Shown: in pieces, positions 19,835 through 28,414 of the stretch
Layout: every line of letters starts with the position of its first letter
How positions within the stretch are numbered: the first letter of the stretch is position 1
From: a virus
Lineage: Duplodnaviria; Caudoviricetes
Reading direction: 5' to 3' (one strand)
IMG/VR virus record: IMGVR_UViG_3300045996_001403
Coordinates: 1 to 59,962 of that record
Length of the DNA: 59,962 bases
The notes under the pieces: generated by a model
What the model was told of the DNA's origin: nothing
Databases searched by the model: none
The model's input: only the letters and a program-made list of their open reading frames with translations
Translations under genes and position numbers: made by a program

Positions 19835-20068
19835 ATGACCGCCCCCGCCCTGTCCGACGCCAAGTCCCGCGCCCTGCGCACCCTCGGGCAGAACCTGCTG
19901 CTGGACGTCGGCGTGGCCGTCGCCACGGTGGCGCTGCCCGCCGTCCAGTCCGAGCACGTCGACTACCGCCTGCTCGGGCTCGCGCTGGCGAAGACCGCCC
20001 TCGTCACCGCGGTCGCGTTCGGCCACCGGAGGCTCAACGAGTTGAAGGCGAAGAACCGCGACATGTGA
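19835..20068 (+). CDS. Putative holin
   Basis: Two TM segments, 'RALRTLGQ' motif, basic C-terminus, follows the lysin. Confidence 0.65.
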   Translation: MTAPALSDAKSRALRTLGQNLLLDVGVAVATVALPAVQSEHVDYRLLGLALAKTALVTAVAFGHRRLNELKAKNRDM

Positions 20069-20121
20069 CCCCTGCCGATCGCCCCGGCAGGCCCCGCCCG
20101 CACCCCCTCCGCGGGCGCGCG

Positions 20122-20166
20122 AACGCCCCCGCTCCCGGCCTTCGGGTCGGCGGAGCGGGGGCGTTT
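20122..20166. terminator. Intrinsic terminator ending the lysis operon (possibly bidirectional)
   Basis: AACGCCCCCGCTCC ... GGAGCGGGGGCGTT stem ending in TTT, between convergent genes. Confidence 0.75.
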
Positions 20167-20173
20167 CGTCGTG

Positions 20174-20626
20174 TCAGCGTTTGACCCGGTTCATCTCCGC
20201 GATGATGTCCTCGTCGGCCGACATCAGCGGGGCGTAGACCTCAGTCACGCACCGGCTGCGCTCGGGTGACCCGACCCGGGAGGCAATGCAGGTGTCGAGC
20301 CACTCCGAGGCCAGGCGCTCCGTCTCGGCTGTCGCGGACACCACCCCGTCATACTCCGCGCCCGACTCCCGGGCGACCCGGGCAATGTCCGCGGCGGCGA
20401 CGTTCAGCTCCGTGACGGCCCCACCGCAGGCGAGGCTGTAGGCCTCCCCACCCCGGCAGGCGTCGCGCACGCCCAGCTCCGTCAGCCGCTCCGTCCACCG
20501 GGGGATCAGGGCAGCGGCTGCCGGGGTCGATGCGGAAGCCGAGGTCGAGGGGGTCGGCACGTCACCGCCCTCCGTCGAGCAGGAGGTGAGCATGACAACA
20601 GCGGCCATCACGGCGACGATTCGCAT
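20174..20626 (-). CDS. Lipoprotein (possible superinfection exclusion)
   Basis: Signal peptide with lipobox LTSC, Ser/Thr/Pro linker, four-Cys helical domain. Confidence 0.7.
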   Translation of the reverse strand: MRIVAVMAAVVMLTSCSTEGGDVPTPSTSASASTPAAAALIPRWTERLTELGVRDACRGGEAYSLACGGAVTELNVAAADIARVARESGAEYDGVVSATAETERLASEWLDTCIASRVGSPERSRCVTEVYAPLMSADEDIIAEMNRVKR

Positions 20627-20656
20627 GCCGGATATGTCGCCGCACCCCGTCAGGCG

Positions 20657-20962
20657 TTACCGGTCCGCGTGCGAAGCCGATCCGGCGTGCCGGCCTTCGC
20701 GCATGATCTGAGTCTGTTCCCGCAGACTCCGGGCGATGCCGTTCAGGGTGACGATGAACCACACCAGGAAGACGACCGTGCCGACGACGACCGCGAGCCA
20801 CAAGACCACCGGCAGCAGCGCTGCCGGGAGCGACGAGTTCGCGGCGAGGGAAGCCAATGCCACCGCCCCCAGGAACACGATGATCAGCGCGGCGTAGCCG
20901 GCCGCCCTCATGCCGGGCTGTCGGTTGTCCGGTCCGGTGGTCACAGCTCCTCCTCGGGTCAT
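20657..20962 (-). CDS. Two-TM membrane protein
   Basis: Two long hydrophobic helices. Confidence 0.65.
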   Translation of the reverse strand: MTRGGAVTTGPDNRQPGMRAAGYAALIIVFLGAVALASLAANSSLPAALLPVVLWLAVVVGTVVFLVWFIVTLNGIARSLREQTQIMREGRHAGSASHADR

Positions 20963-21013
20963 CTGCTGAGTCGCACCTGATCCGATGTGCGTTACACCCG
21001 ACCCGCCCGCGCG

Positions 21014-21116
21014 AAGGCCCCCTCCTCTGGCTACGGCCGGGGAGGGGGCCTTTCGTCGTGTCCAGGGTTGGGTGGCGCGAAGCCCCGCCCTCCGCGAAAG
21101 GGGGGCGGAGCTTCGC
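21014..21116. terminator. Two tandem hairpin terminators
   Basis: AAGGCCCCCTCC/GGAGGGGGCCTT (21014-21052) and GCGAAGC.../...GCTTCGC (21077-21116). Confidence 0.6.
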
Positions 21117-21139
21117 TGAACGTGGGGCTGATCGGCGGT

Positions 21140-21961
21140 TCAGGGGATTTGCCGTGTGACCGTCACCGAGGCGCGGGGGTGGGCCATCGCCATGGTTTGC
21201 GCGGCCGTGAGCGCGTCGAGCACCGGGCGCAGGGCTCGCTTCCGGTGGCCCGGGGCGGCCGGGTCGTCGTACGCCCGGTTCAGCACGCGCAGAACCTCGA
21301 TCGACTCGGACGGCAGCATCTCCGGACTCAACCAGGTCACGCCGGTCAGGGACGCGTGGCCGGACGAGCGCTCCTCGTCCCGGTCGTCGTCCTCCTCGGG
21401 TTCGGCGCTCTCGACCAGGTCGAGCAGCCGGTTGTAGACCCGCTCCAGGTGGTACGCGACGTCAGGGTGGATGCCCGTTCCCGAGGGCATCAGGTCGGCA
21501 ATGGCGAGCAGCGCGTCCGCCAGGTACCCGATCTCGGGCCCCTCCGCGTCGTACTGGACGTGCCGGGCGCGCCCGGCGAGGACCCGCACCTGGTACATGG
21601 ACCGCCACGGCGCCCCGACGTCCCCGCCGTCGCGCGCCTTCTCCTCCAGGTCGCGTTGGGCGCGGACCGTGCCCGTGCCGACGCTCAGCATGATCTCGTA
21701 GAGGCGGGGTCCGATCCGAGCGATGCCGAGCCGCAGTCGGCCGCCCTGGTCCCAGGCCGCCCGGTCGAGCGCCTGGCACCGGGCGTGCGGGTAGCCGGCG
21801 CGGTGCGCGGCTTCGATCCACCGCCACATCAGGGCGATCCGCTCGGCGGTGTCGTAGTCGATGGCAAACGGGTCGTGGTCGGCGGCGAGCGCGTCGTCTT
21901 CGGGCCAGACGTTGACGGTGATCGTGGCAGGGTCGGGTAGCCGATCGGGGTTGATGCGCAT
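21140..21961 (-). CDS. Hypothetical protein (273 aa)
   Basis: RBS GAGAGGA, GC3-rich codon use; no family recognised. Confidence 0.7.
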   Translation of the reverse strand: MRINPDRLPDPATITVNVWPEDDALAADHDPFAIDYDTAERIALMWRWIEAAHRAGYPHARCQALDRAAWDQGGRLRLGIARIGPRLYEIMLSVGTGTVRAQRDLEEKARDGGDVGAPWRSMYQVRVLAGRARHVQYDAEGPEIGYLADALLAIADLMPSGTGIHPDVAYHLERVYNRLLDLVESAEPEEDDDRDEERSSGHASLTGVTWLSPEMLPSESIEVLRVLNRAYDDPAAPGHRKRALRPVLDALTAAQTMAMAHPRASVTVTRQIP

Positions 21962-22042
21962 AGCGTTCCTCTCGGGATGGGTCGAGTCGGTTGGCGGCGA
22001 TTGCCGCCAGCCCCACGCGAGTGGGGAACGCCGATATCCACG

Positions 22043-22318
22043 CTACCGGCTGGTCGTACTGGGTGCGGTATCGGCTGCCTCATCCCCGCGTGAGCGGGGA
22101 ACGGCGGTGTCCTTCTCGCTCGCGCGCCACCCCTTGCCGGGGGCCTTTGCGGCGGCGTCGATGACGTCGGCGGCCCGGTACCTGTTCGCCCCGGCCCGAC
22201 CGGGTTCGCGGTCGTAGACCTTGACGCCCCAGCGTGTGGCCACCTGCTTGCGGACGTTCCGAGCGGGGATGCCCAGGTACTCCGCGGTCTGGGCGGTGGT
22301 CCAGATTTCGTCGGTCAC
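22043..22318 (-). CDS. Small excisionase/MerR-like HTH DNA-binding protein (leaderless)
   Basis: 'WTTAQTAEYLGIPARNVRK...NRYRAADV'; -10-like CACGGT 6 nt before the GTG. Confidence 0.7.
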   Translation of the reverse strand: MTDEIWTTAQTAEYLGIPARNVRKQVATRWGVKVYDREPGRAGANRYRAADVIDAAAKAPGKGWRASEKDTAVPRSRGDEAADTAPSTTSR

Positions 22319-22328
22319 CCCCAAACCG

Positions 22329-22432
22329 TGCCCCACGGTGGGGCCAGGGGGCAAGCCTTCTGGCCGGGGTTGCGCCGTTCGAGTGGATGCCCCACCGTGG
22401 GGCTTGCACGATGCCCCACGGTGGGGCATGCT
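22329..22432. promoter_or_regulatory. Three palindromic operators GCCCCAC(G/C)GTGGGGC with rightward promoter TTGCAC-17-CATGCT
   Basis: Copies at 22330-22344, 22389-22403 and 22413-22427. Confidence 0.85.
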
Positions 22433-22469
22433 GGTTGCAGCAGCAAGGAACACCACCGAGGAGGACGAG

Positions 22470-22628
22470 ATGGCCCGCAGCGAAGCCGAGATGACGCCGT
22501 ACGAGGTCGAGATGTTCACGACCCGCCTGGAGCTGGCCGAGGCGGCACTGGAGCGCGGCGACGTCCAGTCGGCCCAGACCCACCTGTTCGACAACATGGC
22601 CGAACAGCCGTGGCTCTGGAAGCGGTGA
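22470..22628 (+). CDS. Small acidic hypothetical protein
   Basis: RBS GAGGAGG, 52 aa, downstream of the operator-controlled promoter. Confidence 0.65.
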   Translation: MARSEAEMTPYEVEMFTTRLELAEAALERGDVQSAQTHLFDNMAEQPWLWKR

Positions 22629-22704
22629 CCCGACCGCCCGCCCCTCCGGGGGCGGGCCTCCTTCCTGCTCGGACCCCGCACCACCTCACCCCCAGGAGAA
22701 GATC

Positions 22705-22869
22705 ATGGGCAAGAAGCCCGCCCAGCCGGGTGGTTCCGGTCCCAAGCCGCAGCCCGAGGGCTGGCACGTCGAGCGCGTCTACAGCACGAAGCCCGGCCAC
22801 AAGCTGCTGTCCAGCTCCGGCTGCACCTGCTCGCAGGGGCGCGACCACAGCCGGTACGAGAGCCCGTGA
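22705..22869 (+). CDS. Small hypothetical protein (54 aa, CxC..H)
   Basis: RBS AGGAG, ATG; followed by strong hairpin 22908-22948. Confidence 0.5.
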   Translation: MGKKPAQPGGSGPKPQPEGWHVERVYSTKPGHKLLSSSGCTCSQGRDHSRYESP

Positions 22870-23363
22870 CGTTCGATCGCCTATGAATACTTCCGGGTGT
22901 TGAACCACGAATGACCCCCTCGCGGACATCGGGCGAGAGGGTCATTCGCTTCCCTGCTTGTCGCCACGCCCGCCCTGGTGACGGCCGGTCTAGTGGGCCG
23001 CGCAGTTCGGGTTGCGCATCGCGGTCAGGACCGGTTGTCGGACGCGTCGCTACCCGTGGTGGGCTTCGGCTCCGCCGGGGCCGGCCTGGGCTCGTGGCGG
23101 TCGTCGAACGGCTGGGAGTCGGACATGGTCATCTCCTCGTGCTGGTTGGTGATGGGGTCCGCGCCCGCCCCGGGGGGAGCCCGCTCGAGGGTGCGAGTGG
23201 TCGGGGCGGGCGCGGGTGCGTGCACCACGCCCAGTGATCGGTGCACGCGCCGGGCCGCATCGGGCGACCCGGAGCTAGGTGCCCGCGTGCGTCGGGCAGT
23301 TCGGGTTCGGGATGCGCCTGCCGGTACCCAGCTCGTACCAGCAGGTGTACGAGGCGCGCCCGC

Positions 23364-23897
23364 TCACTGCGCCGGTCTCCGGACGTGACGGCGGCTCTCC
23401 GCGAGCAGCCGCGGAACCACGCCCCCCACCGGGGGCCGGGCCAGCGCGCCACGGGGCGCGTCGTCGGCATCCGGCGCGGGCAGGGCCAGGGCCTGCTCGA
23501 TCACCCACCGGGCATCCGGATGCCACACATACCACAGCAGAGGGCCGGTCGGGGCGAGCAGGTCGTCCTCGGGTTCGATCGCGACCCGGTAGGCGTAGGC
23601 GCTGGACAGCCGCTCGCCCTCCACCCGTCCGGGCAGCTCGTCGAGGATCTGAACCACGTCCGCCACGCCCTCGCGCAGCCGCAGCCACACCAGTGCGCGG
23701 GGCTCCTCGCGGGAGGGCACGTACAGGGTGGTCCAGGCGTCGTCGCGCAGCGCCCGCACCAGGGTGTCGAGGTCGCGGGGCTCCGGCTCCGGCGGCAGCG
23801 GGCCCAGCCGGGGGATAGCCCGACGCCACTGGACTGCGGCCCAGGCGGACAGCGACGCCACGACCGCGGCGTCCACCAGCAGGGGCCACGCGGTCAC
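23364..23897 (-). CDS. Membrane-anchored hypothetical protein in an operon divergent from the XRE gene
   Basis: N-terminal TM; coupled starts/stops with small ORFs 24001-24264, 23894-24001 and 23275-23367. Confidence 0.6.
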   Translation of the reverse strand: MTAWPLLVDAAVVASLSAWAAVQWRRAIPRLGPLPPEPEPRDLDTLVRALRDDAWTTLYVPSREEPRALVWLRLREGVADVVQILDELPGRVEGERLSSAYAYRVAIEPEDDLLAPTGPLLWYVWHPDARWVIEQALALPAPDADDAPRGALARPPVGGVVPRLLAESRRHVRRPAQ

Positions 23898-24567
23898 CGT
23901 CGCCCCCCTGCCTGCCGGGGCGGGTCGCACTCGGTCGCGGTCAACCAGTAGACGAGGGCCGCGAGGATCAACATCAGGAAGTTCTCGATCAGGCCGTGCA
24001 TCACGCCGCCCTGTGCCGGGGGCCGCCATGACTGACGACCCGGAGTCGATGAGGGACCACGACCGGGGCCGGGGGTCGCGCCCCGGTCGTGGCCCGTCCG
24101 CCCTCGTCGGGGGAGGAGAGGGCGGACGCGCGGAGAACCCGGCACCGGGCGCCGATCTCGGCGTACATGGCCCGCCGGGCACGCAGCCGGCGACGGGTCA
24201 CGCGCATGACCAGCAGCACAGCGACCGCGACAACGGCGATCGCTACCGCGCCTGTCCAGTGCATCGGGCACCTCCGCGAGTAGACGGGGTGCCGGGGCCG
24301 ACCATGTGACCCCGGCACCTTGCCCGACACCCATGCGGCCGGGCATCCCGCCGACGGGGCGACCGACAGCGGGAGATGCGGGACCCGTGCCCCGCGAGAA
24401 GGCCTCGCGGGGCCGGGCCGCCGGACTCGGGCGGGGTGCGTAGGCGGCCTGTCCGAGACCGCTCCCGCCGTTGACCGGCACGGCTGACACTACGACCTGC
24501 ATATGCAGATCGTCCATGCACCGATCGGATGACGCGACGAAACCGCAGGTAGCACTACGCTCTGTGC

Positions 24568-25413
24568 GTGGCAGTCAAGCGGAAGAGCGTTCTCGGTCGG
24601 GCGTTGAGGGACCTACTGGACAGGGCAGGCAAGACGCCTGCCGATGTCGAGGACCGGCTCGCCTGCTCGCAAGCCAAGGTCAGCCGGATCCTCAATGGTC
24701 GTGTCGGCATCAGACTTGCCGAACTGGAGAGCATCCTTACCCTTTGTAATGCGACAGACGCTGAGATTGCTTCGATCAAGGACAAGTGGCAGGAGGCTCG
24801 GGCCCCGAGCCAGACCGTCACCAGCCTGGCTGACATCCCACCTAAACTTCGATCGCTCGTTCGCCTCCAGTTCGAGGCTTCGGTGATCAGCTACGTACAG
24901 CCGATCGTCATCCCCGGCCTCTTGCAGACCGACAACTTCGCGAGGGCCATTGCCGAAGCTGACGAGTTTGTCGACGGCACGGAGGTAGAGCGGGTGGTCA
25001 CCATCCGAAAACGCAGAGGCGAACTACTGGATCGCCCCAATCCTCCGACCATCCGCGCAGTCATCTCCGAGGGTGCCCTTCGGGATGTCATCGGCGGACC
25101 GGCGGTGATGATTGAGCAACTTGAATGGCTTGCGAAGTTGAGTCGACGCCCCAACGTCGAAATCCGCGTCCGTCCTCATATTGCGGGTGCGCTGGGAACC
25201 ATGAGCGGTGCTGTGACCGTGCTGGAGTTCAGCGACCCGGAGGACTCGCCAAGCGTCTACCTGGAGCACCCCGCCGGTGGCGAATGGGTCGAGGAGGCCG
25301 GTGCGGTTGATCGGTTCAAGCGGGTGTTCGATAAGGCTTCGCAGGGGTCCTTGAGTGCGTCAGGGACTACCGAGTGGATCTCCGCGCGCGTCGCGGAGTT
25401 GAAGAACCTGTGA
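24568..25413 (+). CDS. XRE-family HTH plus DUF5753 regulator (WhiJ/Scr1-like)
   Basis: N-terminal HTH 'SQAKVSRILNG'; 'IPGLLQT', 'ISEGALR..IGGPAVM.EQL', 'VYLEHPAGG'. Confidence 0.9.
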   Translation: MAVKRKSVLGRALRDLLDRAGKTPADVEDRLACSQAKVSRILNGRVGIRLAELESILTLCNATDAEIASIKDKWQEARAPSQTVTSLADIPPKLRSLVRLQFEASVISYVQPIVIPGLLQTDNFARAIAEADEFVDGTEVERVVTIRKRRGELLDRPNPPTIRAVISEGALRDVIGGPAVMIEQLEWLAKLSRRPNVEIRVRPHIAGALGTMSGAVTVLEFSDPEDSPSVYLEHPAGGEWVEEAGAVDRFKRVFDKASQGSLSASGTTEWISARVAELKNL

Positions 25414-25420
25414 GGCTGAT

Positions 25421-25618
25421 ATGGACATGTCCGACGCCCGAGCGTGGCGTAAGTCCAGTTACAGCGGCGCCAACAACGACTGCGTCGAGGTCGCCCTCCC
25501 CGAGGAGGGCCTGGCGATCCGTGACACGAAGAATCGTTCCGGCGGGATGGTGACCGTGGGGGCAACCGCCGCGGCGGCCTTCCTCGCGGCGGTCAAGCAG
25601 GGGCGGTTTGACGCCTGA
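25421..25618 (+). CDS. DUF397 protein (BldB/Scr2-like)
   Basis: 'WRKSSYSGANNDCVEVA', 'IRDTKN', 'FLAAVKQGRF'. Confidence 0.92.
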   Translation: MDMSDARAWRKSSYSGANNDCVEVALPEEGLAIRDTKNRSGGMVTVGATAAAAFLAAVKQGRFDA

Positions 25619-25861
25619 CCTCCGAGCCGGCGGGGTGCCTCGACGTGGCCCCGCCGGTCGCCCCAGTCGCGTCCGTGCGGCGCGCACCTGATCGCCCGTC
25701 AAGCGGAGGCTGCCCCTCGTGGGCGCCGGGAGAAGTGGGGAGAATCTGGGGAGATGATCTTGCCAATCGGACCTCTCCCCACCAACGGGAACCAACGCAT
25801 ACCTACCCCCTGAGCTGCGAAGATGGGCCATAAGTACACCTCAGGGAAGTGCGAAGACGTT

Positions 25862-25905
25862 ACTGGGGGTCAAGGGGTCGCAGGTTCAAATCCTGTCGTC
25901 CCGAC
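25862..25905 (+). mobile_element. attP: attP core: 3' half of host tRNA-Pro(GGG)
   Basis: ACTGGGGGTCAAGGGGTCGCAGGTTCAAATCCTGTCGTCCCGAC = anticodon loop, T-arm and 3' acceptor strand; 5' half absent; next to the integrase. Confidence 0.9.
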
Positions 25906-25922
25906 GGTCGAAGTAGCAGGTC

Positions 25923-25959
25923 AGAGGCCCTGCTCTCCAACACGGAGAGCAGGGCCTCT
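25923..25959. terminator. 16-bp stem hairpin after att core and integrase
   Basis: AGAGGCCCTGCTCTCC-AACAC-GGAGAGCAGGGCCTCT. Confidence 0.75.
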
Positions 25960-26001
25960 CCCGTGTGGGGAGAATCTGGGGAGATGATCTTGATCGGGCG
26001 G

Positions 26002-27579
26002 CTAGCGGGCGCGGGCGAACCGCAGCACCTGGCCGCCCCCGCCAGTCGCCTCGGCACGCTCGGCAAGAAGCCGGTCCAACACCGTCACCGCTGACCGCGG
26101 GGACATCCCCAACCGGGCGTCCAACGCGGACTCCCACGCCCCGGTCAGCCCTTCCATCAACCGCTCCCGCATCTCCCGCGTGACGTGGCTGTAGCGCCCC
26201 TGCACCGAGCCGTCCGCGTGTCCGAGGCGTTCGTCCATCAACACGCCGGGCGTGCCCAGCTCCAGCATCAGCGTCTTGTGCGAGTGGCGCAGACCGTGTG
26301 GGGTCAGGCCCGGCGCGAGCGGCACCCAGCAGGCATCGGCCTTGCCGTGCGCGCCCTTGCCCCGCACCGGCACGCCGGGCCACGGTTCTCCCACCACCGG
26401 CACCGGACGCTCCGGGTGCGGCGCCTTCGCCGGGTACAGCCCGGTCGCGGCAGGCTGGAACACCCACGTCGCGAACCCGGACCGACGCCAGTGCGGGGCG
26501 GTCTCGCTCTTCGCGACGCCACGTACGAATCCCGACTCGGACACCGCGACCTCCACCCGCTCGCGCTTCTCCGGAGCGACCTTCTCCGGGTGGTTGAGCA
26601 CGTTGGACACCGTGCCGGTCGACACCCCGGCCAGGCGCGCCACGTCTGCGAGCGTCGCCCCCGAACGACGGGTGGTCTGTCGTGCGGCGTGGGCACCGCG
26701 GAACGCATAGACGTGGCCGTGGCAGTCGCATGTTTCGGGGCGGACGCGGGCGACGTGGTCGGAGAGCAGCCGGTCCAGGAAAGCGGGGGTGTCGATGGTG
26801 CGGTAGGAGTCGTCCTTCGGAGGCACACGGGTCATCACCCCGGTGGAAAGTTCGTACAGCTGCCACTCCACGCGTACCGAGCGCGGTCGGACATACCGGG
26901 TCTCCAGGCCTACGAGTTCTCCCCAGCGCGTCCCCGTGTAGTAGGTCGCGACCAGCAGCGCGAACTCGTCGTCCCGACCGGTGAGCAGTGCCGCCCGTTC
27001 TGCCAGCAGCAGCGCCCCGAGCGGATCCGTGATGGTCTTCTCCGGACTGCGCGCGGCGGACCTTCCTGCAACCTTGCCCCGGCCCCGACGTTTCGCGGCG
27101 GGATTGCGTTCGATCAAGTTGTACGGCGGTTCCGTGGCGTCTTGGAGCATAAGGTGCAAGATCTTGCGCCACTGTCGGACGCTGCTGTCCGCGTAGTCGG
27201 CTCGCCGCTCTTTCGCCTCCCAGGCGGCCACGTCAGACTCTGCGATGGCGTCAAGGTCCATCTCCCCAAAGTGGGGCAGCAAGTGCGCCTCGATGGCAAG
27301 CCGATAGCCCTCCATGGTGGATTCCGCCAGATGTTGAGCGGCATACCATTGAGAGGCAAAGGCATCGAATCGAACTTTGACGTTGACTACGACAGGTCGT
27401 TTGCCGTTGCGGACCTCGGCCTCTTTGTCGTTCGCGGCCTTCTCGGCTTCCCGCTTGGTTCGGAACCTGATTGTCCCGCCGTGCTCATCGGTGACCGTGC
27501 CGTAGTTACCGGGGCCGATCTTGTACCGGCCCCGGTAGTATGCCCCGTCCTTGCCGCCGCGTTTCTCGGCGTACCCCAC
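26002..27579 (-). CDS. int: Tyrosine integrase with internal LacI-type HTH
   Basis: Catalytic TGTRWGE, PPK, HGLRH, RLGH, RY motifs; insert 'ATLADVARLAGVSTGTVSNVLNHPEKVAPEKRERVEVAVSESGF'. Confidence 0.93.
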   Translation of the reverse strand: MGYAEKRGGKDGAYYRGRYKIGPGNYGTVTDEHGGTIRFRTKREAEKAANDKEAEVRNGKRPVVVNVKVRFDAFASQWYAAQHLAESTMEGYRLAIEAHLLPHFGEMDLDAIAESDVAAWEAKERRADYADSSVRQWRKILHLMLQDATEPPYNLIERNPAAKRRGRGKVAGRSAARSPEKTITDPLGALLLAERAALLTGRDDEFALLVATYYTGTRWGELVGLETRYVRPRSVRVEWQLYELSTGVMTRVPPKDDSYRTIDTPAFLDRLLSDHVARVRPETCDCHGHVYAFRGAHAARQTTRRSGATLADVARLAGVSTGTVSNVLNHPEKVAPEKRERVEVAVSESGFVRGVAKSETAPHWRRSGFATWVFQPAATGLYPAKAPHPERPVPVVGEPWPGVPVRGKGAHGKADACWVPLAPGLTPHGLRHSHKTLMLELGTPGVLMDERLGHADGSVQGRYSHVTREMRERLMEGLTGAWESALDARLGMSPRSAVTVLDRLLAERAEATGGGGQVLRFARAR

Positions 27580-27616
27580 CGATCCTCCGTCATGTCGTCG
27601 GCGGGGAGTTACCCGC

Positions 27617-28321
27617 CTACTCTTCGTCTGTTCGGCGCTTCAGCTCGCGCACCTTCGGGCTCGGCTCGGGTAGCTTCTTCGCCAGTGCATCCATGGCCTT
27701 GCGCAGGTCGGCACCGTTGGCTGTGAACTTTGCGTATCGGTCTTCGGCGGCGTTCTCGCGCTCGCTTACAAGTCGGCCCAGTTCGCCCATGTTCCGCAGC
27801 AGGTCGCGCTGATCCTCGGTGGAGTCGCTGACCTTGCGGTACACCTCGTCCAGCCGCTTACCGTGGTTATTCCATGTCTCGACCATGCCGTCGAGAACCT
27901 TCCGCTGCCTGTCGATCATCTCCGCCGCGAGCCGTCGCTGCTCAGCCAGCATCCCGGCGGCGAACACGGCGTGGCGGTGCTCCGCGTCCTTCGCGTCCTG
28001 CTCGTTTTGCTTGATGATCGCTCCAGCCAGCTCTTCCTGACGCTGGTAAAGCATGCGCACGACGCGAATCACCAGGAAGATTCCCGCGAGTATGACGGTG
28101 CCCAGCGTGGCAGCCGCGGCCCCGGTCCACGCGAGGTTGCTGATGTAGTCCTCGCCCGTGTCGTGGGCTTTCTTCGTGGAGACCCAGAGGGCCCCGGAGG
28201 CGACGGTCCCGATGGCGAGCGTCAGCCACTGACCGCGCGTCCACGTCCTGCCAACCCGGCGCCATGACGCCATCGGACTGCCCTTGTTGACTCCCGGCTG
28301 CTTCTGGTGGCTCGACGTCAC
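27617..28321 (-). CDS. Two-TM membrane protein with coiled-coil C-terminus
   Basis: Between repressor and integrase, same strand; start uncertain. Confidence 0.65.
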   Translation of the reverse strand: MTSSHQKQPGVNKGSPMASWRRVGRTWTRGQWLTLAIGTVASGALWVSTKKAHDTGEDYISNLAWTGAAAATLGTVILAGIFLVIRVVRMLYQRQEELAGAIIKQNEQDAKDAEHRHAVFAAGMLAEQRRLAAEMIDRQRKVLDGMVETWNNHGKRLDEVYRKVSDSTEDQRDLLRNMGELGRLVSERENAAEDRYAKFTANGADLRKAMDALAKKLPEPSPKVRELKRRTDEE

Positions 28322-28414
28322 TGTCCGCCCTCTCCGTCCACGCCCCGCGTGACGGAGTGTAATGACCGCCTATCTGCGGATTCCAGGTGACGCAGAAGGG
28401 ATCATCCGAACGGA

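Larger units (their letters stand above)
25735..25992. repeat. Integrase arm-type sites: 28-bp direct repeat GTGGGGAGAATCTGGGGAGATGATCTTG
   Basis: Exact copies at 25735-25762 and 25965-25992 flanking the att core. Confidence 0.8.

Noticed and set aside
22329-22432. Mini CRISPR array
   Set aside because: Only 15-bp palindromes at irregular spacing, no cas genes; they fit operators around a promoter.
22990-23310. Repeated NPNC peptide motif (MRNPNCAAH and RRIPNPNCPTH) as a signalling-peptide system
   Set aside because: Only a 12-bp match; the 9-codon ORF has no RBS or signal peptide, and no receptor is recognisable.
25862-25905. Functional phage tRNA-Pro gene
   Set aside because: Only the 3' half is present; no D-arm or 5' acceptor strand, so it is the att core.
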